Shown here: positions 43,292 to 50,749 of the stretch, one piece after another
Position numbering within the stretch: position 1 is the stretch's first letter
Layout: each line of letters starts with the position of its first letter
NCBI GenBank assembly: GCA_035546035.1
Contig: DASZXC010000008.1
Span: forward strand, 71,202-121,950
DNA length: 50,749 nt
Reading direction: 5' to 3'
Origin: Minisyncoccota bacterium
GTDB taxonomy: Bacteria > Patescibacteriota > Minisyncoccia > Phycocordibacterales > UBA6065
Position numbers and translations under genes: made by a program
Notes under the pieces: model-generated
What the model was told of the DNA's origin: nothing
Databases searched by the model: none
What the model saw: the letters and a program-made list of their open reading frames with translations, nothing else

Positions 43292-43897
43292 ATGATTGCT
43301 TTGCCTGAAACAAGCTATAAAAAAGCGACCCAGGCCCTGAACTTCCTCGCCCGAAAGAAAGACGGAAAGATCAATAAGATGAAGGCTATTAAGCTGATCT
43401 ATCTTGCTGATCGTCTGCACATCCGTAAATATGGCCGTCCGATCATTGGGGATATGTATTGGGCGATGAAAATGGGCCCGGTCGGCTCTCAAGTTAAGAG
43501 AGCAGCAGAACTTTCGAATATGTCGGAAGGTGCTTTATCGTATGCAAAAAAATACATACAGCCTGCAGATGAAAAGAAACACTATGTCACTTCGGTTAAG
43601 CCTGTTGATCTTGATGTTTTCTCAAAGACCGATCTTGAATGTTTGGAAGCTGTATATGGACAATTTTCCGACAAGGATCAATTTGAACTCCGAGATATAA
43701 CTCATCAATATCCTGAATGGTCAAAACATGAGCGTTATCTCAAATCTGGTAAGAAACGAGTGCAAATGGATTATGAGGACTTTTTCTCAAGCACGGAGAA
43801 GGATGACCCTTTGTTTGCGGAAAATAAATCAGATCTCGCGCTTGCAAAGGAAACTTTTGATGAAATGAAGGAAGTTTCGAAATTCTTTGCCCGCTAA
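43292..43897 (+). CDS. Panacea/SocA (DUF4065)-domain antitoxin-like protein
   Basis: ..INKMKAIKLIYLADRLHIRKYGRPIIGDMYWAMKMGPVGS.. matches the DUF4065 core pattern (KL.KL.Y.A....L...G.P......A...GPV). Confidence 0.7.
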   Translation: MIALPETSYKKATQALNFLARKKDGKINKMKAIKLIYLADRLHIRKYGRPIIGDMYWAMKMGPVGSQVKRAAELSNMSEGALSYAKKYIQPADEKKHYVTSVKPVDLDVFSKTDLECLEAVYGQFSDKDQFELRDITHQYPEWSKHERYLKSGKKRVQMDYEDFFSSTEKDDPLFAENKSDLALAKETFDEMKEVSKFFAR

Positions 43898-43910
43898 CTA
43901 CTGAAATGCG

Positions 43911-44354
43911 ATGGATATTCCGATCAAGGTGCGAGTGTCGCTATGCATAGAACAAGGATCGGTATTCAATTTCTTCATAGACCACAACGATTCAAAGCGC
44001 CAATCGAAAAATCGCTATTTCGTAGTGATGAACAAAAATCCGAAGACCGATACGCTTCTCATTCTTGTTACATCCACCACGCAAGCCGTCAAGAAGCGAG
44101 AATTTGTGAAGAGGGCTGGTATTAGTGAGAAGACTATCGTGTCGGTTACACCGCAGGAGTATGGTGTATTTTCTGCCGAAAGTGTTTTTAATTGTAACGA
44201 AGTATTCGAAATATCTATGAATGATCTCATCAGAAAAATCGAAGACACCGGATCAATGAATTATCCGAAAATGGACGATGGTGCTATTACAAAAATTATT
44301 GCGGGGATAAAAGAAAGCCCGAGCGTATCAGAGATAAATAAGAAACTTTTATAG
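43911..44354 (+). CDS. putative cognate toxin, family unassigned (weak PemK/MazF-like pattern)
   Basis: Located 13 nt after the Panacea gene. 147 aa. The pattern QGSVFNFFI..SKNRYFVVMN..DTLLILVTSTTQ..SVFNCNEVFEISMNDL is reminiscent of the MazF SH3-like fold motifs (G.I..v.f....RP.vVls...d.vivvP.Tt). Confidence 0.45.
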   Translation: MDIPIKVRVSLCIEQGSVFNFFIDHNDSKRQSKNRYFVVMNKNPKTDTLLILVTSTTQAVKKREFVKRAGISEKTIVSVTPQEYGVFSAESVFNCNEVFEISMNDLIRKIEDTGSMNYPKMDDGAITKIIAGIKESPSVSEINKKLL

Positions 44355-44441
44355 CTATATTGAGGTCCAACTTACAGCACGGAGATGCTATAAATATTCA
44401 GTCTTCATAAAACCATTATTTTATGGTATATTTCGGCTAAC

Positions 44442-45170
44442 GTGATTACTAAAGAGAAAGTCTTAGAGGAAATAAAAAGAACCGCAAAAGAGAATGGCGG
44501 AGTGCCTTTAGGTACGAGCAGATTCGAAAAAGAGACTGGTATAAAACCACACGAATGGGGTAAATATTGGGCAAGAATTGGAGACGCTCAAAAAGAAGCC
44601 GGCCTTTCTCCTAACCAGCGACAAGGAGCGTACGAGGATGCTTTTATATTTGATCAAATAATAAAGCTCATCCGAAAGCTGGGAAAGTTCCCAACGGTTA
44701 GGGAGTTCATCCTAGAGAAAAACAACAATCCGGAATTTCCCTCTGCTGGAGGAGCCTTGAAACGTCTTGGTGGGCAAGAACAGATAGCGTCTAAAATAAT
44801 CGAGTATTGCAAAGACAAAGAGGGTCATGAAGACATTGTAGAATTATGTACAGCAATCGTTGGAGATTCCAAGAATAGCGAGAGTGAGGAGACGGATGGT
44901 GAACAGGTTATCATCGGCTCTGTTTACCTTTTCAAACACGGCAAATATTACAAAATTGGTAAGTCGAACGACACCGTTCGGCGGGGCAACGAGTTAAGAA
45001 TTCAGCTTCCAGAAAATCTTGATCTGATACACGAGATAAAAACAGACGATCCAAGCGGCATTGAAGCCTATTGGCACAAACGTTTTGGGTTGAAGAGAAT
45101 GAACGGTGAATGGTTCGATTTGAATTCGTCTGATGTTAAAGCTTTCAAACGGTGGAAACGGATATGTTGA
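44442..45170 (+). CDS. T5orf172/GIY-YIG-like domain protein with two N-terminal homing-endonuclease-associated repeats
   Basis: GTG start. Repeats KEKVLEEIKRTAKENGGVPLGTSRFEKETGIKPHEWGKYWARIGDAQKEAGL and ..IIKLIRKLGKFPTVREF... C-terminal GSVYLFKHGKYYKIGKSNDTVRRGNELRIQLPE..EAYWHKRF..KRMNGEWFDL. Confidence 0.7.
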   Translation: MITKEKVLEEIKRTAKENGGVPLGTSRFEKETGIKPHEWGKYWARIGDAQKEAGLSPNQRQGAYEDAFIFDQIIKLIRKLGKFPTVREFILEKNNNPEFPSAGGALKRLGGQEQIASKIIEYCKDKEGHEDIVELCTAIVGDSKNSESEETDGEQVIIGSVYLFKHGKYYKIGKSNDTVRRGNELRIQLPENLDLIHEIKTDDPSGIEAYWHKRFGLKRMNGEWFDLNSSDVKAFKRWKRIC

Positions 45171-45176
45171 TGCCCT

Positions 45177-45190
45177 ATGCGGAGGCCTCA
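45177..45190 (+). repeat. direct repeat ATGCGGAGGCCTCA (right copy)
   Basis: Lies 6 nt after the T5orf172 stop and is identical to 43221-43234. Confidence 0.5.
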
Positions 45191-45243
45191 AGAATAATAG
45201 GCTGATATTCCCAACAAAGCCTTACAAGGCTTGATTAGAAAAA

Positions 45244-45267
45244 GTTCGATTCCCATTTGGGGCACCA
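45244..45267 (+). pseudogene. tRNA 3'-end fragment (T loop, 3' acceptor strand and CCA)
   Basis: GTTCGATTCCC-ATTTGGGGCA-CCA. It shares GTTCGATTCCC with tRNA-Gly(UCC). There is no 5' half. Resident tRNAs in this window do not encode CCA. Confidence 0.35.
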
Positions 45268-45271
45268 AAGC

Positions 45272-45298
45272 AAAAAACCGCCCGGGGGCGGTTTTTTT
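45272..45298. terminator. bidirectional terminator
   Basis: AAAAAA-CCGCC-CGGG-GGCGG-TTTTTTT, between the islet and hup. Confidence 0.75.
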
Positions 45299-45317
45299 GT
45301 GAAGTAGCAGTAAGGTC

Positions 45318-45590
45318 TTATTTGACTGCGTCCTTGAGAGCCTTTGCGGCGCGGAACTTCGGAACCTTCATCGCAGGGACCGAGATCGTCTCGCCGGTGC
45401 GAGGATTTCGAGCCTGGCGAGCCTTGCGGGTCTTTACAGAGAAGATGCCGAGGCCTGCGATCGATACTTCCTCGCCTTTCTTGAGGCCGGAAACGATCGA
45501 ATCGAAAACCTTGTCTACAACCTGTTCTGCCTGGACCTTCGTGGTGTTGAGCACTCCGTGGACTGCTTCAACGATTGCTGCTTTGTTCAT
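45318..45590 (-). CDS. hup: HU-family DNA-binding protein
   Basis: MNKAAIVEAV.., ..GLGIFSVKTRKARQARNPRTGETISVPA. Confidence 0.92.
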   Translation of the reverse strand: MNKAAIVEAVHGVLNTTKVQAEQVVDKVFDSIVSGLKKGEEVSIAGLGIFSVKTRKARQARNPRTGETISVPAMKVPKFRAAKALKDAVK

Positions 45591-45739
45591 CTGTTATAAA
45601 TAACGCTGCTAATTGACCGCTCCAGTATATATAAAGCCATTTTTTGGGGCAAGCAACGAAAATACGGCTCTGTCGGGAACCTGTTGATAGGAAATAGCCT
45701 TAATAATGAGAATGCCGAGAAACGGCCTTGTGAGGCCGT

Positions 45740-47269
45740 TTAACGTGCGAATTCCACGACACGCGATTCGCGTATGACCGTGACTTTGATCTCTCCCGGA
45801 TATTTGAGATCTTTTTCGATCTTATCCGCGATGCCGCGGCCCATATTTTTGGCTTCGATGTCGGAAACCTCTTCGGGCTTCACGAAAACGCGTATCTCGC
45901 GGCCCGCTTGGAGCGCATATGCTTTCTCGACGCCCTTGAACCCGGCGGCGATCGCCTCCAAATCCTGCAATCGCTTGAGATAATTTTCGACGGAATCGCG
46001 GCGCGCGCCCGGTCGAGAACCGGAAATAGCATCGGCTGTCTGGACGATGACAGATTCGATGGTTTCATATGGGTATTCTTCATGATGGGCCTGCATAGCC
46101 TTGATTATGGCCTCGTCAGCGCCGAATTTCTGCAGGATTCGACGGCCTATTTCCACATGCGTGCCTTGGACTTCATGGTCCAAAGCCTTGCCGATGTCAT
46201 GAACGAGGGCTCCGGCCTTGGCTATCTGGACATTCGCGCCCAATTCTTCGGCTATCATGCCAGCGATGTGCGCCATTTCAACCGAATGGGCGAGGACGTT
46301 CTGCCCGTACGACGTTCGGAAATGAAGGCGGCCCAAAATCGATATGATGCGGGGGTCGAGGTTCATGACGCCGACTTCGAATGCGGCGTGCTCGCCTTTT
46401 TCCTTTATGACCTTATTTATGTCTTCCTTGGCCTTTTCGACGAGCTTTTCGATCTTTGCAGGCTGGATGCGCCCGTCGGCGATGAGCGATTCAAGCGCCA
46501 TTTTAGCGACCTGGCGCCGAACAGGATCGAAAGAGGAGAGGGTAATAGTGCCCGGAGTGTCGTCGACGATCACTTCGACGCCCGTTACGCGCTCGAAGCT
46601 CTTGATATTCCGGCCTTCCTTGCCGATGATCTTGCCTTTGATCTCTTCCGAAGGAATGGTGATGGAAGTCGAGAACACGTCGGCCGCGACGGAGTTTCCG
46701 AGGCGCTGGATCGCGGTCGAGAGGATGTCTTTCGCGCGCATCTCGAGCTTTTCCTGGTTCGCGGTCTCCATTTTATTCATCCGAATGAGAAGATCATCGG
46801 AATATTTCTCTTCTATGTCTTTGACCAGGTCTTCGCGCGCCTGCGCTTCAGAGAGTCCGGCAACGCGTTCGAGGGCGGCGCTTCGCTCGCCCAAAAGGGT
46901 ATCGGCCTTGTCTTTGATCGTCTTGATTTCAGCTATTTTCGATTTAAGGCTCTCGACTTCGTTGTCTATGTCTTTCTGTCGTTTATCCAAGGCATCCTCG
47001 CGCTTCAAAAGGCGCTCTTCGGACGCTTTCATCTTTTCTTCCTTTTCTTTTGTTTCCTCGCGAAGCGTCTTCAAGGTCTCGGCCGCTTCCTGTTCGGCTT
47101 TGAGTACGACTTTCTTGGCCGCCTCTTCGGCGTCCATTTCCATCTTTTTTATTTCCAGCTCCATCGAGCCCTTCTTTCCGAGGGAAATGATGAGGCGCAG
47201 GTAATAGCCCAAAGCGATTCCTACGAGGCCTGCCGCGCTCGCGAGGAATATGACTATCGTAAGTGACAT
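45740..47269 (-). CDS. rny: ribonuclease Y
   Basis: N-terminal TM, a coiled coil, KH motif GKIIGKEGRNIKSFE, and HD domain ..HSVEMAHIAG..HDIGKA. Confidence 0.93.
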   Translation of the reverse strand: MSLTIVIFLASAAGLVGIALGYYLRLIISLGKKGSMELEIKKMEMDAEEAAKKVVLKAEQEAAETLKTLREETKEKEEKMKASEERLLKREDALDKRQKDIDNEVESLKSKIAEIKTIKDKADTLLGERSAALERVAGLSEAQAREDLVKDIEEKYSDDLLIRMNKMETANQEKLEMRAKDILSTAIQRLGNSVAADVFSTSITIPSEEIKGKIIGKEGRNIKSFERVTGVEVIVDDTPGTITLSSFDPVRRQVAKMALESLIADGRIQPAKIEKLVEKAKEDINKVIKEKGEHAAFEVGVMNLDPRIISILGRLHFRTSYGQNVLAHSVEMAHIAGMIAEELGANVQIAKAGALVHDIGKALDHEVQGTHVEIGRRILQKFGADEAIIKAMQAHHEEYPYETIESVIVQTADAISGSRPGARRDSVENYLKRLQDLEAIAAGFKGVEKAYALQAGREIRVFVKPEEVSDIEAKNMGRGIADKIEKDLKYPGEIKVTVIRESRVVEFAR

Positions 47270-47450
47270 TATGTTAAGCGGCGGCCGTCTTTCGAGATCT
47301 GGATGAAGTGCTGATGACTAGGATTTTCAGAGGGTGAGAGCGGCGGGACAAAGGCGATTCGGGAGGGAATTCAAGAAGAGCGGGAAAGCAGCAACCGGAA
47401 TTTAAAGTGGTAACAACGTCATAGTACATATAAGAGCGCGTTTAGGCAAA

Positions 47451-47499
47451 TAAAAAGACTCCGGAACAATCCCGCCAAGCCCTGGGATATTTCGGAGCC
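47451..47499 (-). terminator. two-tier terminator hairpin after clpP (copy C of the conserved core)
   Basis: CTCCG..ATCCCGCCAAGCCCTGGGAT..CGGAG. The minus strand then reads TTTTTATTT. Confidence 0.55.
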
Positions 47500-47510
47500 T
47501 TCTTACTTGT

Positions 47511-48089
47511 CTAGGAAAGTATCTTGTCTATGATGCCGTACTTTTTCGCTTCGTCCGCGTCCATGAAGAAATCGCGCTCGACGTCCTTTTCGATCTGGGC
47601 GAGAGGTCGGCCTGTATATGACGAGAGCATTTTGTTGAGGTTCTCGCGCGTCTTGAGGATGTGCTTCGCGGTGATGGCGATATCCGATGCCTGGCCTTCG
47701 ACTCCGCCGAGCGGCTGATGGATCATAACTTCGGCATTCGGGAGCATGAAGCGCTTTCCCTTCTTGCCTGCGGCGAGAACGACTGCCGCGCCCGATGCGG
47801 CGATGCCGACGCAATACGTCGCGACATCGTTTTTGATGAGATTCATCGTGTCCACCATAGCGAGAGTTGCCGTGACCGAACCGCCCGGAGAGTTCACATA
47901 GAGGTGGATGTCTTTTTTAGGATCCTCCGACTGGAGGAAGAGGAGCTGGGCGATGACCGTGTTCGCGACATGGTCATCGATCGGTCCGGAGAGGAATATG
48001 ATGTTCTCCTTGAGGAGGCGCGAATAGATGTCGTACGCGCGCTCGCCAAGGTTCGTTTTTTCTATGACGGTAGGGATGAGAATGGACAT
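47511..48089 (-). CDS. clpP: ATP-dependent Clp protease proteolytic subunit
   Basis: ..[18 protein letters not shown].., the catalytic Ser context [10 protein letters not shown], and the His context MIHQP. Confidence 0.95.
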   Translation of the reverse strand: MSILIPTVIEKTNLGERAYDIYSRLLKENIIFLSGPIDDHVANTVIAQLLFLQSEDPKKDIHLYVNSPGGSVTATLAMVDTMNLIKNDVATYCVGIAASGAAVVLAAGKKGKRFMLPNAEVMIHQPLGGVEGQASDIAITAKHILKTRENLNKMLSSYTGRPLAQIEKDVERDFFMDADEAKKYGIIDKILS

Positions 48090-48185
48090 GGTTTTTTGAT
48101 TACTGATATCGGAACAATATACAAAAACAGAAATGAGCGCAACACAAGTTCCCAGCGCGAGCGGAAGGAGTACACTCTAATCATT

Positions 48186-48884
48186 GTGAGGTTGCATCGT
48201 TTTTACGTTCGTTATGCAATCTTTGCGGAGAAAGATAATACCCTCTCCGATCCAGAGCTCGCTCACCAGCTGAGGCGCGTTTTCAGGTTACAGGCTGGGG
48301 ATAAGGCTGTTTTCTTTGATGGATCGGACGTAGAACACGTTTCAGAGATCGTTTCTCTTTCAAAGGACATGGTGCTGTTTCGCGTGATTGAAACGCGGCC
48401 CGTGCAACATGTTCCACAGCGGAACGTTGCTCTGGCTTTGTCGTTGATAAAAAAGGACAATTTCGAATTGGTCGCCCAAAAATGTACGGAAATCGGCGTG
48501 TCAGAGTTCATTCCTCTCGTCTCGGAGCGAAGCGAGAAGAAGGCTCTTAATATGAAGCGGCTCAAAAAGATCGTCATCGAAGCTTGCGAGCAATCAGGAA
48601 GGGGAGCGATCCCTCTCGTTCGCGAGCCTGTCGCTCTCGAAGATTTTTTGAACGCTGAGCCGAGGAACGTCGTCGCGTTCCACACTGACGGCGAGAAGGC
48701 CAAGACCGATGTCTTTGAAATAGACAATGTCGTCCTCTGCATCGGACCGGAAGGCGGATGGAGCGATACCGAGACGGAGCTTTTCAGATCGCGCAAAGCG
48801 GCGCTCGCAAAACTCGATCTTCCGATTCTTCGTGCCGAGACCGCTGCGATCGTCGTCGCAACACTCTTTCTCTATCGATCGTAG
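48186..48884 (+). CDS. rsmE: 16S rRNA (uracil1498-N3)-methyltransferase
   Basis: GTG start giving (M)RLHRFYV... Contains ..IGPEGGWSDTE.. and ..LDLPILRAETAAI. The track ORF 47661.. is an antisense-of-clpP extension. Confidence 0.85.
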   Translation: MRLHRFYVRYAIFAEKDNTLSDPELAHQLRRVFRLQAGDKAVFFDGSDVEHVSEIVSLSKDMVLFRVIETRPVQHVPQRNVALALSLIKKDNFELVAQKCTEIGVSEFIPLVSERSEKKALNMKRLKKIVIEACEQSGRGAIPLVREPVALEDFLNAEPRNVVAFHTDGEKAKTDVFEIDNVVLCIGPEGGWSDTETELFRSRKAALAKLDLPILRAETAAIVVATLFLYRS

Positions 48885-48929
48885 TATCAGAGCGGCAGTG
48901 CCGCTTACTTTAATCAATCGATCGAATAT

Positions 48930-49088
48930 ATGGCTGATCCAGACAAAATAGCCGATGCGGAGAAAGCATCGAAGGAAGCCGACAAAGATGCGGCTGATGC
49001 GAAGGCGGATCTCGCCAAAGCGAAGTCTGACGACGCAAAAGAAAAAGCAGACCAGGCCCGCGACGAAGCCGACGCGAAGAAAGAATAA
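48930..49088 (+). CDS. possible 52-aa Ala/Asp/Lys-rich protein
   Basis: MADPDKIADAEKASKEADKDAADAKADLAKAKSDDAKEKADQARDEADAKKE, ending at a terminator. It is below the track length cutoff. The alternative frame 48955..49137 runs through the terminator and is Arg/Lys junk. Confidence 0.35.
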   Translation: MADPDKIADAEKASKEADKDAADAKADLAKAKSDDAKEKADQARDEADAKKE

Positions 49089-49120
49089 AAAACAGCGCCC
49101 AGATAAAGGCGCTGTTTTCC
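49087..49120. terminator. bidirectional terminator
   Basis: AAAA-AACAGCGCC-CAGATAAA-GGCGCTGTT-TT. Confidence 0.7.
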
Positions 49121-50124
49121 TACTTCTGCTTCTCTAAGAATTCGAACACCGCCTGATTGAGGAATATGTGCTCGAAGTACGATCGCGCTCGGTTCGGATC
49201 TACGTCCTTGTGGTGTTCCGACGCATGTTTCGCTTCGGCTTCGACTTTCGCTTTGTCCGCAGAGATCTTTTCCTCTTTGGCTACATGCGAAAGGATGAGG
49301 TCGAGCTTGACTCTCTTCGACGCGTCAGCGCGCCATTCCTTTCGGAGGTCATCAGCCGTCTTGTTGAGGTGCTTGAGGTAGTCTTCGAATTTGAGCCCCA
49401 TGCGCTCGATATCGTGCCTCATCTGTTCGGTCATGCGGCCGAGCTCCGATTCGATAAGGATGTCGGGAATAGCGACGTCCAGGTCTTTGGTGAGGGCGTC
49501 TACGAGCTCGATGCGCTTCTTCTCCATGGCGCGGTGCTCCTTCTCGAGCTTGATGTTCTCGCGGAGCTTTTCCTTGAAATCGGCGACGTCTTTGAACTCG
49601 CCCCATTTCTTGACCGACTCGTCGGTGACTTCGGCCGTGCCGGTCCGTTTCTTTATATCCTCGATCGCTTTCTCTACGTCGGCGTCCGCAACGGTTACGG
49701 GCTCGGCTTTCTTCGCATTCTCTTTCGCGGAGATCTTTTTGTAATCGAATGCCGTTATTTCAGGGACGGTCGCGCTCACGATCGTGAATTCGAGAGGATT
49801 GCCTTCCGCGATCTTGGTGATCGAGACTTTAGGATAGCCGACGACGTCGAGCTTTTCTGCTTCGATGATGTGGCCGTACGCGTGAGAGATGGCATGTTCC
49901 GCCGCTTCTTTCAAGAGCGCCGCTTCGCCGATCTTCTCCCGAACTAATTTTTCCGGAGCCGTTCCTTTGCGGAAGCCGGGAAGCTCCATGTCTTTCTTTA
50001 TATGAGAAAGGGTGTCTTTGACCGCTTCTGCGAATTCAGCCGCGGAGATCTGGCTCTGTATCTCGACTTCGCTCGTTTTCGGGAGCTTTTTGACCGATGC
50101 TTTGTACGAATGATGGTGTGCCAT
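49120..50124 (-). CDS. tig: trigger factor, short form lacking an obvious PPIase domain
   Basis: Start trimmed to MAHHHSYKASV... Ribosome-binding signature PGFRKGTAPEKLV. C-terminal arm-domain-like sequence. 334 aa versus the usual ~430. Confidence 0.85.
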   Translation of the reverse strand: MAHHHSYKASVKKLPKTSEVEIQSQISAAEFAEAVKDTLSHIKKDMELPGFRKGTAPEKLVREKIGEAALLKEAAEHAISHAYGHIIEAEKLDVVGYPKVSITKIAEGNPLEFTIVSATVPEITAFDYKKISAKENAKKAEPVTVADADVEKAIEDIKKRTGTAEVTDESVKKWGEFKDVADFKEKLRENIKLEKEHRAMEKKRIELVDALTKDLDVAIPDILIESELGRMTEQMRHDIERMGLKFEDYLKHLNKTADDLRKEWRADASKRVKLDLILSHVAKEEKISADKAKVEAEAKHASEHHKDVDPNRARSYFEHIFLNQAVFEFLEKQK

Positions 50125-50173
50125 ATGTTGTGTGTTTCCGAAGTCTATCCGCAAAGGCAGTTTTTGTCTATGA

Positions 50174-50210
50174 AAAGCCCTGCTCCTCTTATTAAGAGGA
50201 GCAGGGCTTT
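50174..50210. terminator. 17-bp-stem terminator
   Basis: AAAGCCCTGCTCCTCTT-ATTA-AGAGGAGCAGGGCTTT. Confidence 0.7.
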
Positions 50211-50219
50211 CTTTAAATC

Positions 50220-50438
50220 CTAGATTCCCGATACGTCCGGAGCGGAATTCGGCGCGCGAAGGTCGCTTTCGAGAGAATCGAGATCATCCGAAGACGATAC
50301 GGGAGCTATCGTAGCGGCCGCGTTCTCGGTCGGCTTCATGGCGATCTTGCCGCCCCAGAAATACAGACCGGTCGTGATAACGATGACGACTATGACGATG
50401 AGGCTTATCATCGGAGCGACTGATCGTTTCTTTTCCAT
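50220..50438 (-). CDS. hypothetical small membrane protein
   Basis: 72 aa with one TM (MISLIVIVVIVITTGLYFWG) and an acidic/Ser-rich tail. Confidence 0.5.
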   Translation of the reverse strand: MEKKRSVAPMISLIVIVVIVITTGLYFWGGKIAMKPTENAAATIAPVSSSDDLDSLESDLRAPNSAPDVSGI

Positions 50439-50461
50439 GGATATTCTCTAATGTGGATAAT

Positions 50462-50749
50462 CTAGCTCTTCTTCACCGATATCTCGGCGGTCCTCATATC
50501 CGTAACGACTTGGAGGAGCGCTTTCTGCGCCGCATCTATCGCGGCCTGGGCGTCTTTGACCGCGGCCTTTATCTCCGTCGAGGCGTCGGCAGACGACGCG
50601 TCTATGGATGCAAGGGCAGAGATCTTTGCATCGGCGCCATTCATGGCCGTGATCGCGAGGTCGAGGCTCGCCTGCGCCTTCGAGACGTCCGCGCCTGCCT
50701 CGGAGAGCTTGTCCATGCGGCTGTCTATCTTTTCCTTGATCTCGTCGAG
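50462..50749 (-). CDS. hypothetical Ala-rich coiled-coil protein, 5' end possibly outside the window
   Basis: The frame remains open to the window edge (..LDEIKEKIDSRMDKLSEAGADVSKAQASLDL..). Confidence 0.5.
   Translation of the reverse strand, partial: LDEIKEKIDSRMDKLSEAGADVSKAQASLDLAITAMNGADAKISALASIDASSADASTEIKAAVKDAQAAIDAAQKALLQVVTDMRTAEISVKKS

Larger units (their letters stand above)
43209..45270 (+). mobile_element. small AT-rich islet adjacent to tRNA-Gly(UCC): Panacea-type TA pair plus T5orf172 protein, with no integrase
   Basis: The islet starts right after the tRNA. Its base composition is visibly more AT-rich than the flanking genes. It has a 14 bp direct repeat at both ends and a tRNA 3'-end fragment with encoded CCA at the distal end. 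Confidence 0.45.

Noticed and set aside
45908-48185. 452-aa + ORF over rny, and the 5' part of the 407-aa ORF 47661..48884 over clpP.
   Set aside because: Both are antisense to well-supported genes. rsmE starts at GTG 48186 with the canonical MRLHRFYV N-terminus.

Overview
The gene content suggests a small-genome, Patescibacteria/CPR-like bacterium using the standard genetic code (this taxonomic call is inference). The window covers the chromosomal origin neighbourhood: rpmH-rnpA-yidC lies divergent from dnaA-dnaN plus a DUF721/DciA-like gene, and DnaA-box-like repeats sit in the dnaA-dnaN gap. Housekeeping genes include polA (partial), tsaE, pilB, ruvB-yebC-ruvC, tyrS, a class A PBP, rsmA, pcrA/uvrD, a LysM-M23 peptidase, comM, rpsO, xer, xth, cca, yraN, hup, rny, clpP, rsmE and tig. 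There are four tRNAs: Arg-UCG, Gly-GCC, Pro-UGG and Gly-UCC.

The regions most worth a second look are:
1. A roughly 12 kb, ten-gene Gram-positive-type T4SS-like operon (15952-27889). It has PrgI/VirB3-, VirB4-, VirB6- and VirB2-like parts plus six unrecognisable secreted or membrane proteins. It has no relaxase or coupling protein.
2. A roughly 390 nt non-coding unit (36913-37336) whose sequence is a condensed, colinear look-alike of the 16S rRNA 5' domain. It has its own promoter and a strong terminator.
3. A 166 nt element closed by a 27 bp stem upstream of ruvB, with 6S-RNA-like architecture.
4. A 2 kb AT-rich islet beside tRNA-Gly(UCC). It carries a Panacea/SocA-type antitoxin, an unassigned partner toxin and a T5orf172/GIY-YIG-like protein, and is bracketed by a 14 bp direct repeat.
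5. A family of long palindromic bidirectional terminators sharing a conserved 16 nt apical core.
6. Further structured intergenic regions, and recurrent -10 boxes placed 6-10 nt from start codons (leaderless-type expression).

No CRISPR array, rRNA gene, transposase or prophage was seen. All homology statements come from my own reading of translations and motifs; no searches were run.
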